A DNA stretch of 64,000 nt from Eledone cirrhosa (Eukaryota), in the NCBI GenBank assembly GCA_964016885.1, contig OZ024741.1:258788001-258852000 (forward strand), written 5' to 3'. The translations under genes were made by a program, and so were the position numbers. The notes under the pieces were generated by a model. That model was not told where the DNA came from. It saw only the letters and a program-made list of their open reading frames with translations, and did no database searches. The number at the start of each line of letters is the position of its first letter. The stretch's first letter is position 1. This document shows, piece by piece, positions 24,001 to 36,000 of this stretch.

Positions 24001-27000
24001 AGTTGTTGCTGTTTTCTGTGTCAGTGCCAGTGTTGTTGCTGTTGTTGCTGTTTTCTGTGTCAGTGCCAGTGTTGTTGTTGCTGTTTTCTCTGTCAGTGCC
24101 AGTGTTTTTGTTGTTGCTGTTTTCTGTGTCAGTGCCAGTGTTGTTCTAGTTGTTGATGTTTTCTGTGCCAGTGCCAGTGTTGTTGTAGTTGTTGCTGTTT
24201 TCTCTGTCAGTGCCAGTGTTGTTGTAGTTGTTGCTGTTTTCTCTGTCAGTGCCAGTGTTGTTGTAGTTGTTGCTGTTTTCTGTCAGTGCCAGTGTTGTTG
24301 TTGTTGCTGTTTTCTCTGTCAGTGCCAGTGTTGTTGTACTTATTGCTGTTTTCTGTGTCAGTGTCACTGTTGTTGTTGCTGTTTTCTGTGTCAGTGCCAG
24401 TGTTGTTGTTGTTGCTGTTTTCTCTGTCAGTGCCAGTGTTGTTGTTGCTGTTTTCTCTGTCAGTGCCAGTGTTGTTGTTGTTGCTGTTTTCTGTGTCAGT
24501 GCCATTGTTATTGCTGTTGTTGCTGTTTTCTATGTCAGTGCCAGTGTTGTTGTTGCTGTTGTTGCTGTTTTCTGTGTCAGTGCCACTGTTGTTGTTGCTG
24601 TTTTCTGTGTCTGTGCCAGTGTTGTTGTTGTTGCTGTTTTCTCTGTCAGTGCCAGTGTTGTTGTTGTTGCTGTTTTCTGTGTCAGTGCCAGTGTTGTTGT
24701 AGTTGTTGCTGTTTTCTGTGTCAGTGCCAGTGTTGTTGTAGTTGTTGCTGTTTTCTGTGTCAGTGCCAGTGTTGTTGTAATTGCTGTTTTCTGTGTCAGT
24801 GCCAGTGTTGTTGTTGTTGCTATTTTCACTGTCAGTGCCAGTGTTGTTGCTGTTGCTGTTTTCTCTGTCAGTGCCAGTGATGTTGTATTTGTTGCTGTTT
24901 TCTGTGTTAGTGCCAGTGTTGTTGTAGTTGTTGCTGTTTTCTGTGTCAGTGCCAGTGTTGTTGTTGTTGTTGCTGTTTTCTCTGTCAGTGCCAGTGTTGT
25001 TGTAGTTGTTGCTGCTTTCTCTGTCAGTGCCATTGTTGTTGTAGTCGTTGCTGTTTTCTGTGTCAGTGCCAGTGTTGTTGTTGTTGCTGTTTTCTCTGTC
25101 AGTGCCAGTGTTGTTGTAGTTGTTGCTGTTTTCTGTGTCAGTGCCACTGTTGTTGTTGCTGTTTTCTGTGTCAGTGCCAGTGTTGTTGTTGTTGCTGTTT
25201 TCTCTGTCAGTGCCAGTGTTGTTGTTGCTGTTTTCTCTGTCAGTGCCAGTGTTGTTGTTGTTGCTGTTTTCTGCGTCAGTGCCATTGTTATTGCTGTTGT
25301 TGCTGTTTTCTGTGTCAGTGCCAGTGTTGTTGCTGTTGCTGTTTTCTCTGTCAGTGCCAGTGTTGTTGTTGCTGTTGTTGCTGTTTTCTGTGTCAGGGCC
25401 AGTGTTGTTGCTGTTGCTGTTTTCTCTGTCAGTGCCAGTGTTGTTGTAGTTGTTGCTGTTTTCTCTGTCAGTGCCAGTGTTGTAGTTGTTGCTGTTTTCT
25501 GTGTCAGTGCCAGTGTTGTTGTTGTTGCTGTTTTCTCTGTCAGTGCCAGTGTTGTTGTAGTTGTTGCTGTTTTCTCTGTCAGTGCCAGTGTTGTTGTAGT
25601 TGTTGCTGTTTTCTGTGTCAGTACCTGTGTTGTTGTTGTTGCTGTTTTCTCTGTCAGTGCCAGTGTTGTTGTTGTTGCTGTTTTCTCTGTCAGTGCCAGT
25701 GTTGTTGTTGTTGCTGTTTTCTGTGTCAGTGCCAGTGTTGTTGTTGTTGCTGTTTTCTGTGTCAGTGCCAGTGTTGTTGTAGTTGTTGCTGTTTTCTGTG
25801 TCAGTGCCAGTGTTGTTTTAGTTGTTGCTGTTTTCTCTGTCAGTGCCAGTGTTGTTGTAGTTGTTGCTGTTTTCTGTGTCAGTGCCAGTGTTGTTGTAGT
25901 TGTTGCTGTTTTCTCTGTCAGTGCCAGTGTTGTTGTAGTTGTTGCTGTTTTCTGTGTCAGTGCCAGTGTTGTTGTTGTTGCTGTTTTCTCTGTCAGTGCC
26001 AGTGTTGTTGTAGTTGTTGCTGTTTTCTCTGTCAGTGCCAGTTTTGTTGTAGTTGTTGCTGTTTTCTGTGTCAGTGCCAGTGTTGTTGTAGTTGTTGCTG
26101 TTTTCTCTGTCAGTGCCAGTGTTGTTGTTGTTGTTGTTGCTGTTTTCTCTGTCAGTGTTGTTGTTGTTGCTGTTTTCTGTGTCAGTGCCAGTGTTGTTGT
26201 TGCTGTTGTTGCTGTTTTCCGTGCCAGTGTTGTTGTAGTTGTTGCTGTTTTCTGTGTCAGTGCCAGTGTTGTTGTAGTTGTTGCTGTTTTCTGTGTCAGT
26301 GCCAGTGTTGTTGTAGTTGTTGCTGTTTTCTGTGTCAGTGCCAGTGTTGTTGTAGTTGTTGCTGTTTTCTCTGTCAGTGCCAGTGTTGTTGTACTTGTTG
26401 CTGTTTTCTCTGTCAGTGCCAGTGTTGTTGTAGTTGTTGCTGTTTTCTGTGTCAGTGCCAGTGTTGTTGCTGTTGCTGTTTTCTCTGTCAGTGCCAGTGT
26501 TGTTGTAGTTGTTGCTGTTTTCTCTGTCAGTGCCAGTGTTGTTGTTGTTGCTGTTTTCTCTGTCAGTGCCAGTGTTGTTGTAGTTGTTGCTGTTTTCTCT
26601 GTCAGTGCCAGTGTTGTTGTAGTTGTTGCTGTTTTCTGTGTCAGTGCCAGTGTTGTTGCTGTTGTTGCTGTTTTCTGTGTCTGTGCCAGTGTTGTTGTTG
26701 CTGTTTTCTCTGTCAGTGCCAGTGTTTTTGTTGTTGCTGTTTTCTGTGTCAGTGCCAGTGTTGTTCTAGTTGTTGATGTTTTCTGTGCCAGTGCCAGTGT
26801 TGTTGTAGTTGTTGCTGTTTTCTCTGTCAGTGCCAGTGTTGTTGTAGTTGTTGCTGTTTTCTCTGTCAGTGCCAGTGTTGTTGTAGTTGTTGCTGTTTTC
26901 TGTGTCAGTGCCACTGTTGTTGTTGCTGTTTTCTGTGTCAGTGCCAGTGTTGTTGATGTTGCTGTTTTCTCTGTCAGTGCCAGTGTTGTTGTTGCTGTTT

Positions 27001-30000
27001 TCTGTGTCAGTGCCAGTGTTGTTGTTGCTGTTTTCTGTGTCAGTGCCATTGTTATTGCTGTTGTTGCTGTTTTCTGTGTCAGTGCCAGTGTTGTTGTTGC
27101 TGTTGTTGCTGTTTTCTGTGTCAGTGCCAGTGATGTTACTGTTGCTGTTTTCTCTGTCAGTGCCAGTGTTGTTGTAGTTGTTGCTGTTTTCTCTGTCAGT
27201 GCCAGTGTTGTAGTTGTTGCTGTTTTCTGTGTCAGTGCCAGTGTTGTTGTAGTTGTTGCTGTTTTCTCTGTCAGTGCCAGTGTTATTGTAGTTGTTGCTG
27301 TTTTCTGTGTCAGTACCGGTGTTGTTGTTGTTGCTGTTTTCTCTGTCAGTGCCAGTGTTGTTGTTGTTGCTGTTTTCTCTGTCAGTGCCAGTGTTGTTGT
27401 TGTTGCTGTTTTCTGTGTCAGTGTCAGTGTTGTTGTTGCTGTTTTCTGTGTCAGTGCCAGTGTTGTTTTAGTTGTTGCTGTTTTCTGTGTCAGTGCCAGT
27501 GTTGTTGTAGTTGTTGCTATTTTCTCTGTCAGTGCCAGTGTTGTTGTAGTTGTTGCTGTTTTCTCTGTCAGTGCCAGTGTTGTTGTAGTTGTTGCTGTTT
27601 TCTGTGTCAGTGCCAGTGTTGTTGTTGCTGTTTTCTCTGTCAGTGCCAGTGTTGTTGTAGTTGTTGCTGTTTTCTGTGTCAGTGCCAGTGTTGTTGTAGT
27701 TGTTGCTGTTTTCTCTGTCAGTGCCAGTGTTGTTGTAGTTGTTGCTGTTTTCTGTGTCAGTGCCAGTGTTGTTGTTGTTGCTGTTTTCTCTGTCAGTGCC
27801 AGTGTTGTTGTTGTTGTTGCTGTTTTCTCTGTCAGTGTTGTTGTTGTTGCTATTTTCACTGTCAGTGCCAGTGTTGTTGTTGTTGCTGTTTTCTGTGTCA
27901 GTGCCAGTGTTGTTGTTGCTGTTTTCTCTGTCAGTGCCAGTGTTTTTGTTGTTGCTGTTTTCTGTGTCAGTGCCAGTGTTGTTGTTGTTGCTGTTTTCTC
28001 TGTCAGTGCCAGTGTTGTTGTTGCTGTTTTCACTGTCAGTACCAGTGTTGTTGTTGTTGCTGTTTTCTCTGTCAGTGCCAGTGTTGTTGTAGTTGTTGCT
28101 GTTTTCTCTGTCAGTGCCAGTGTTATTGTAGTTGTTGCTGTTTTCTGTGTCAGTACCGGTGTTGTTGTTGTTGCTGTTTTCTCTGTCAGAGCCAGTGTTG
28201 TTGTTGCTGTTTTCTGTGTCAGTGCCAGTGTTGTTGTAGTTGTTGCTGTTTTCTGTGTCAGTGCCAGTGTTGTTGTAGTTGTTGCTGTTTTCTGTGTCAG
28301 TGCCAGTGTTGTTGTAGTTGTTGCTGTTTTCTCTGTCAGTGCCAGTGTTGTTGTAGTTGTTGCTGTTTTCTCTGTCAGTGCCAGTGTTGTTGTAGTTGTT
28401 GCTGTTTTCTCTGTCAGTGCCAGTGTTGTTGTAGTTGTTGCTGTTTTCTCTGTCAGTGCCAGTGTTGTTGTAATTTTTGCTGTTTTCTGTGTCAGTGCCA
28501 GTGTTGTTGCTGTTGTTGCTGTTTTCTGTGTCAGTGCCAGTGTTGTTGTTGTTGCTGTTTTCTGTGTCAGTGCCAGTGTTGTTGTTGCTATTTTCACTGT
28601 CAGTGCCAGTGTTGTTGTAGTTGTTGCTGTTTTCTGTTTCAGTGCCAGTGTTGTTGTTGTTGCTGTTTTCTCTGTCAGTGCCAGTGTTGTTGTAGCTGTT
28701 GCTGTTTTCTGTGTCAGTGCCAGTGTTGTTGTAGTTGTTGCTGTTTACTGTGTCAGTGCCAGTGTTGTTGTAGTTCTTGCTGTTTTCTCTGTCAGTGCCA
28801 GTGTTGTTGTAGTTGTTGCTGTTTTCTCTGTCAGTGCCAGTGTTGTTGTAGTTGTTGCTGTTTTCTGTGTCAGTGCCAGTGTTGTTGTAGTTGTTGCTGT
28901 TTTCTCTGTCAGTGTCAGTGTTGTTGTTGTTGTTGCTGTTTTCTCTGTCAGTGCCAGTGTTGTAGTTGTTGCTGTTTTCTCTGTCAGTGCCAGTGTTGTT
29001 GTAGTTGTTGCTGTTTTCTGTGTCAGTGCCAGTGTTGTTGTTGTTGCTGTTTTCTCTGTCAGTGCCAGTGTTGTTGTTGTTGCTATTTTCACTGTCAGTG
29101 CCAGTGTTGTTGTTGTTGCTATTTTCACTGTCAGTGCCAGTGTTGTTGTTGTTACTGTTGCTGTTTTCTGTGTCAGTGTCAGAGTTGTTGTTGTTACTGT
29201 TGCTGTTTTCTGTGCCAGTGTTATTGTTGCTGTTGTTGCTGTTTTGTCTGTCAGTGCCAGTGTTTTAGTTGTTGCTGTTTTCTCTGTCAGTGCCAGTGTT
29301 GTTGTAGTTGTTGCTGTTTTCTGTGTCAGTGCCAGTGTTGTTGTTGTTGCTGTTTTCTGTGTCAGTGCCAGTGTTGTTTTTGTTGCTGTTTTCTCTCTCA
29401 GTGCCAGTGATGTTGTAGTTGTTGCTGTTTTCTGTGTTAGTGCCAGTGTTGTTGTGGTTGTTGCTGCTTTCTGTGTCAGTGCCAGTGTTGTTGCTGTTGC
29501 TGTTTTCTCTGTCAGTGCCAGTGTTGTTGTAGTTGATGCTGCTTTCTCTGTCAGTGCCAGTGTTGTTGTAGTTGTTTCTGTTTTCCGTGTCAGTGCCAGT
29601 GTTGTTGTTGTTGCTGTTTTCTCTGTCAGTGCCAGTGTTGTTGTAGTTGTTGCTGTTTTCTGTGTCAGTGCCAGTGTTGTTTTTGTTGCTATTTTCACTG
29701 TCAGTGCCAGTGTTGTTGCTGTTGCTGTTTTCTCTCTCAGTGCCAGTGATGTTGTAGTTGTTGCTGTTTTCTGTGTTAGTGCCAGTGTTGTTGTGGTTGT
29801 TGCTGCTTTCTGTGTCAGTGCCAGTGTTGTTGCTGTTGCTGTTTTCTCTGTCAGTGCCAGTGTTGTTGTAGTTGTTGCTGCTTTCTCTGTCAGTGCCACT
29901 GTTGTTGTTGCTGTTTTCTGTGTCTATGCCAGTGTTGTTGTTGTTGCTGTTTTCTCTGTCAGTGCCAGTGTTGTTGTTGTTGCTGTTTTCTGTGTCAGTG

Positions 30001-33000
30001 CCAGTGTTGTTGTAGTTGTTGCTGTTTTCTGTGTCAGTGCCAGTGTTGTTGTAGTTGTTGCTGTTTTCTGTGTCAGTGCCAGTGTTGTTGTAATTGCTGT
30101 TTTCTGTGTCAGTGCCAGTGTTGTTGTTGTTGCTATTTTCACTGTCAGTGCCTGTGTTGTTGCTGTTGCTGTTTTCTCTGTCAGTGCCAGTGGTGTTGTA
30201 GTTGTTGCTGTTTTCTGTGTTAGTGCCAGTGTTGTTGTAGTTGTTGCTGTTTTCTGTGTCAGTGCCAGTGTTGTTGTTGTTGTTGCTGTTTTCTCTGTCA
30301 GTGCCAGTGTTGTTGTAGTTGTTGCTGCTTTCTCTGTCAGTGCCATTGTTGTTGTAGTCGTTGCTGTTTTCTGTGTCAGTGCCAGTGTTGTTGTTGTTGC
30401 TGTTTTCTCTGTCAGTGCCAGTGTTGTTGTAGTTGTTGCTGTTTTCTGTGTCAGTGCCACTGTTGTTGTTGCTGTTTTCTGTGTCAGTGCCAGTGTTGTT
30501 GTTGTTGCTGTTTTCTCTGTCAGTGCCAGTGTTGTTGTTGCTGTTTTCTCTGTCAGTGCCAGTGTTGTTGTTGTTGCTGTTTTCTGCGTCAGTGCCATTG
30601 TTATTGCTGTTGTTGCTGTTTTCTGTGTCAGTGCCAGTGTTGTTGCTGTTGCTGTTTTCTCTGTCAGTGCCAGTGTTGTTGTAGTTGTTGCTGTTTTCTC
30701 TGTCAGTGCCAGTGTTGTAGTTGTTGCTGTTTTCTGTGTCAGTGCCAGTGTTGTTGTTGTTGCTGTTTTCTCTGTCAGTGCCAGTGTTGTTGTAGTTGTT
30801 GCTGTTTTCTCTGTCAGTGCCAGTGTAGTTGTAGTTGTTGCTGTTTTCTGTGTCAGTACCGGTGTTGTTGTTGTTGCTGTTTTCTCTGTCAGTGCCAGTG
30901 TTGTTGTTGTTGCTGTTTTCTCTGTCAGTGCCAGTGTTGTTGTTGTTGCTGTTTTCTGTGTCAGTGCCAGTGTTGTTGTAGTTGTTGCTGTTTTCTGTGT
31001 CAGTGCCAGTGTTGTTTTAGTCGTTGCTGTTTTCTGTGTCAGTGCCAGTGTTGTTGTAGTTGTTGCTGTTTTCTCTGTCACTGCCAGTGTTGTTGTAGTT
31101 GTTGCTGTTTTATGTGTCAGTGCCAGTGTTGTTGTAGTTGTTGCTGTTTTCTCTGTGAGTGCCAGTGTTGTAGTTGTTGCTGTTTTCTCTGTTAGTGCCA
31201 GTGTTGTTGTAGTTGTTGATGTTTTCTGTGTCAGTGCCAGTGTTGTTGTTGTTGTTTTCTCTGTCAGTGCCAGTGTTGTTGTAGTTGTTGCTGTTTTCTG
31301 TGTCAGTGCCAGTGTTGTTGTTGTTGCTGTTTTCTCTGTCAGTGCCAGTGTTGTTGTTGCTGTTTTCACTGTCAGTACCAGTGTTGTTGTTGTTGCTGTT
31401 TTCTCTGTCAGTGCCAGTGTTGTTGTAGTTGTTGCTGTTTTCTCTGTCAGTGCCAGTGTTATTGTAGTTGTTGCTGTTTTCTGTGTCAGTACCGGTGTTG
31501 TTGTTGTTGCTGTTTTCTCTGTCAGAGCCAGTGTTGTTGTTGCTGTTTTCTGTGTCAGTGCCAGTGTTGTTGTAGTTGTTGCTGTTTTCTGTGTCAGTGC
31601 CAGTGTTGTTGTAGTTGTTGCTGTTTTCTGTGTCAGTGCCAGTGTTGTTGTAGTTGTTGCTGTTTTCTCTGTCAGTGCCAGTGTTGTTGTAGTTGTTGCT
31701 GTTTTCTCTGTCAGTGCCAGTGTTGTTGTAGTTGTTGCTGTTTTCTCTGTCAGTGCCAGTGTTGTTGTAGTTGTTGCTGTTTTCTCTGTCAGTGCCAGTG
31801 TTGTTGTAATTTTTGCTGTTTTCTGTGTCAGTGCCAGTGTTGTTGCTGTTGTTGCTGTTTTCTGTGTCAGTGCCAGTGTTGTTGTTGTTGCTGTTTTCTG
31901 TGTCAGTGCCAGTGTTGTTGTTGCTATTTTCACTGTCAGTGCCAGTGTTGTTGTAGTTGTTGCTGTTATCTGTTTCAGTGCCAGTGTTGTTGTTGTTGCT
32001 GTTTTCTCTGTCAGTGCCAGTGTTGTTGTAGTTGTTGCTGTTTTCTCTGTCAGTGTCAGTGTTGTTGTTGTTATTGCTGTTTTCTCTGTCAGTGCCAGTG
32101 TTGTAGTTGTTGCTGTTTTCTCTGTCAGTGCCAGTGTTGTTGTAGTTGTTGCTGTTTTCTGTGTCAGTGCCAGTGTTGTTGTTGTTGCTGTTTTCTCTGT
32201 CAGTGCCAGTGTTGTTGTTGTTGCTATTTTCACTGTCAGTGCCAGTGTTGTTGTTGTTGCTATTTTCACTGTCAGTGCCAGTGTTGTTGTTGTTACTGTT
32301 GCTGTTTTCTGTGTCAGTGTCAGAGTTGTTGTTGTTACTGTTGCTGTTTTCTGTGCCAGTGTTATTGTTGCTGTTGTTGCTGTTTTGTCTGTCAGTGCCA
32401 GTGTTGTAGTTGTTGCTGTTTTCTCTGTCAGTGCCAGTGTTGTTGTAGTTGTTGCTGTTTTCTGTGTCAGTGCCAGTGTTGTTGTTGTTGCTGTTTTCTG
32501 TGTCAGTGCCAGTGTTGTTTTTGTTGCTGTTTTCTCTCTCAGTGCCAGTGATGTTGTAGTTGTTGCTGTTTTCTGTGTTAGTGCCAGTGTTGTTGTGGTT
32601 GTTGCTGCTTTCTGTGTCAGTGCCAGTGTTGTTGCTGTTGCTGTTTTCTCTGTCAGTGGCAGTGTTGTTGTAGTTGTTGCTGCTTTCTCTGTCAGTGCCA
32701 GTGTTGTTGTAGTTGTTTCTGTTTTCTGTGTCAGTGCCAGTGTTGTTGTTGTTGCTGTTTTCTCTGTCAGTGCCAGTGTTGTTGTAGTTGTTGCTGTTTT
32801 CTGTGTCAGTGCCAGTGTTGTTTTTGTTGCTATTTTCACTGTCAGTGCCAGTGTTGTTGCTGTTGCTGTTTTCTCTCTCAGTGCCAGTGATGTTGTAGTT
32901 GTTGCTGTTTTCTGTCTTAGTGCCAGTGTTGTTGTGGTTGTTGCTGCTTTCTGTGTCAGTGCCAGTGTTGTTGCTGTTGCTGTTTTCTCTGTCAGTGCCA

Positions 33001-36000
33001 GTGTTGTTGTAGTTGTTGCTGCTTTCTCTGTCAGTGCCACTGTTGTTGTTGCTGTTTTCTGTGTCTGTGCCAGTGTTGTTGTTGTTGCTGTTTTCTCTGT
33101 CAGTGCCAGTGTTGTTGTTGTTGCTGTTTTCTGTGTCAGTGCCAGTGTTGTTGTAGTTGTTGCTGTTTTATGTGTCAGTGCCAGTGTTGTTGTAGTTGTT
33201 GCTGTTTTCTGTGTCAGTGCCAGTGTTGTTGTAATTGCTGTTTTCTGTGTCAGTGCCAGTGTTGTTGTTGTTGCTATTTTCACTGTCAGTGCCAGTGTTG
33301 TTGCTGTTGCTGTTTTCTCTGTCAGTGCCAGTGGTGTTGTAGTTGTTGCTGTTTTCTGTGTTAGTGCCAGTGTTGTTGTAGTTGTTGCTGTTTTCTGTGT
33401 CAGTGCCAGTGTTGTTGTTGTTGTTGCTGTTTTCTCTGTCAGTGCCAGTGTTGTTGTAGTTGTTGCTGCTTTCTCTGTCAGTGCCATTGTTGTTGTAGTC
33501 GTTGCTGTTTTCTGTGTCAGTGCCAGTGTTGTTGTTGTTGCTGTTTTCTCTGTCAGTGCCAGTGTTGTTGTAGTTGTTGCTGTTTTCTGTGTCAGTGCCA
33601 CTGTTGTTGTTGCTGTTTTCTGTGTCAGTGCCAGTGTTGTTGTTGTTGCTGTTTTCTCTGTCAGTGCCAGTGTTGTTGTTGCTGTTTTCTCTGTCAGTGC
33701 CAGTGTTGTTGTTGTTGCTGTTTTCTGCGTCAGTGCCATTGTTATTGCTGTTGTTGCTGTTTTCTGTGTCAGTGCCAGTGTTGTTGTTGCTGTTGTTGCT
33801 GTTTTCTGTGTCAGTGCCAGTGTTGTTGCTGTTGCTGTTTTCTCTGTCAGTGCCAGTGTTGTTGTAGTTGTTGCTGTTTTCTCTGTCAGTGCCAGTGTTG
33901 TAGTTGTTGCTGTTTTCTGTGTCAGTGCCAGTGTTGTTGTTGTTGCTGTTTTCTCTGTCAGTGCCAGTGTTGTTGTAGTTGTTGCTGTTTTCTCTGTCAG
34001 TGCCAGTGTAGTTGTAGTTGTTGCTGTTTTCTGTGTCAGTACCGGTGTTGTTGTTGTTGCTGTTTTCTCTGTCAGTGCCAGTGTTGTTGTTGTTGCTGTT
34101 TTCTCTGTCAGTGCCAGTGTTGTTGTTGTTGCTGTTTTCTGTGTCAGTGCCAGTGTTGTTGTTGTTGCTGTTTTCTGTGTCAGTGCCAGTGTTGTTGTAG
34201 TTGTTGCTGTTTTCTGTGTCAGTGCCAGTGTTGTTTTAGTCGTTGCTGTTTTCTGTGTCAGTGCCAGTGTTGTTGTAGTTGTTGCTGTTTTCTCTGTCAC
34301 TGCCAGTGTTGTTGTAGTTGTTGCTGTTTTATGTGTCAGTGCCAGTGTTGTTGTAGTTGTTGCTGTTTTCTCTGTGAGTGCCAGTGTTGTAGTTGTTGCT
34401 GTTTTCTCTGTTAGTGCCAGTGTTGTTGTAGTTGTTGATGTTTTCTGTGTCAGTGCCAGTGTTGTTGTTGTTGTTTTCTCTGTCAGTGCCAGTGTTGTTG
34501 TAGTTGTTGCTGTTTTCTGTGTCAGTGCCAGTGTTGTTGTAGTTGTTGCTGTTTTCTCTGTCAGTGCCAGTGTTGTTGTAGTTGTTGCTGTTTTCTCTGT
34601 CAGTGCCAGTGTTGTTGTAGTTGTTGCTGTTTTCTCTGTCAGTGCCAGTGTTGTTGTAGTTGTTGCTGTTTTCTCTGTCAGTGCCAGTGTTGTTGTAGTT
34701 GTTGCTGTTTTCTCTGTCAGTGCCAGTGTTGTTGTAATTTTTGCTGTTTTCTGTGTCAGTGCCAGTGTTGTTGCTGTTGTTGCTGTTTTCTGTGTCAGTG
34801 CCAGTGTTGTTGTTGTTGCTGTTTTCTGTGTCAGTGCCAGTGTTGTTGTTGCTATTTTCACTGTCAGTGCCAGTGTTGTTGTAGTTGTTGCTGTTATCTG
34901 TTTCAGTGCCAGTGTTGTTGTTGTTGCTGTTTTCTCTGTCAGTGCCAGTGTTGTTGTAGTTGTTGCTGTTTTCTCTGTCAGTGTCAGTGTTGTTGTTGTT
35001 GTTGCTGTTTTCTCTGTCAGTGCCAGTGTTGTAGTTGTTGCTGTTTTCTCTGTCAGTGCCAGTGTTGTTGTAGTTGTTGCTGTTTTCTGTGTCAGTGCCA
35101 GTGTTGTTGTTGTTGCTGTTTTCTCTGTCAGTGCCAGTGTTGTTGTTGTTGCTATTTTCACTGTCAGTGCCAGTGTTGTTGTTGTTGCTATTTTCACTGT
35201 CAGTGCCAGTGTTGTTGTTGTTACTGTTGCTGTTTTCTGTGTCAGTGTCAGAGTTGTTGTTGTTACTGTTGCTGTTTTCTGTGCCAGTGTTATTGTTGCT
35301 GTTGTTGCTGTTTTGTCTGTCAGTGCCAGTGTTGTAGTTGTTGCTGTTTTCTCTGTCAGTGCCAGTGTTGTTGTAGTTGTTGCTGTTTTCTGTGTCAGTG
35401 CCAGTGTTGTTGTTGTTGCTGTTTTCTGTGTCAGTGCCAGTGTTGTTTTTGTTGCTGTTTTCTCTCTCAGTGCCAGTGATGTTGTAGTTGTTGCTGTTTT
35501 CTGTGTTAGTGCCAGTGTTGTTGTGGTTGTTGCTGCTTTCTGTGTCAGTGCCAGTGTTGTTGCTGTTGCTGTTTTCTCTGTCAGTGGCAGTGTTGTTGTA
35601 GTTGTTGCTGCTTTCTCTGTCAGTGCCAGTGTTGTTGTAGTTGTTTCTGTTTTCTGTGTCAGTGCCAGTGTTGTTGTTGTTGCTGTTTTCTCTGTCAGTG
35701 CCAGTGTTGTTGTAGTTGTTGCTGTTTTCTGTGTCAGTGCCAGTGTTGTTTTTGTTGCTATTTTCACTGTCAGTGCCAGTGTTGTTGCTGTTGCTGTTTT
35801 CTCTCTCAGTGCCAGTGATGTTGTAGTTGTTGCTGTTTTCTGTCTTAGTGCCAGTGTTGTTGTGGTTGTTGCTGCTTTCTGTGTCAGTGCCAGTGTTGTT
35901 GCTGTTGCTGTTTTCTCTGTCAGTGCCAGTGTTGTTGTAGTTGTTGCTGCTTTCTCTGTCAGTGCCACTGTTGTTGTTGCTGTTTTCTGTGTCTGTGCCA

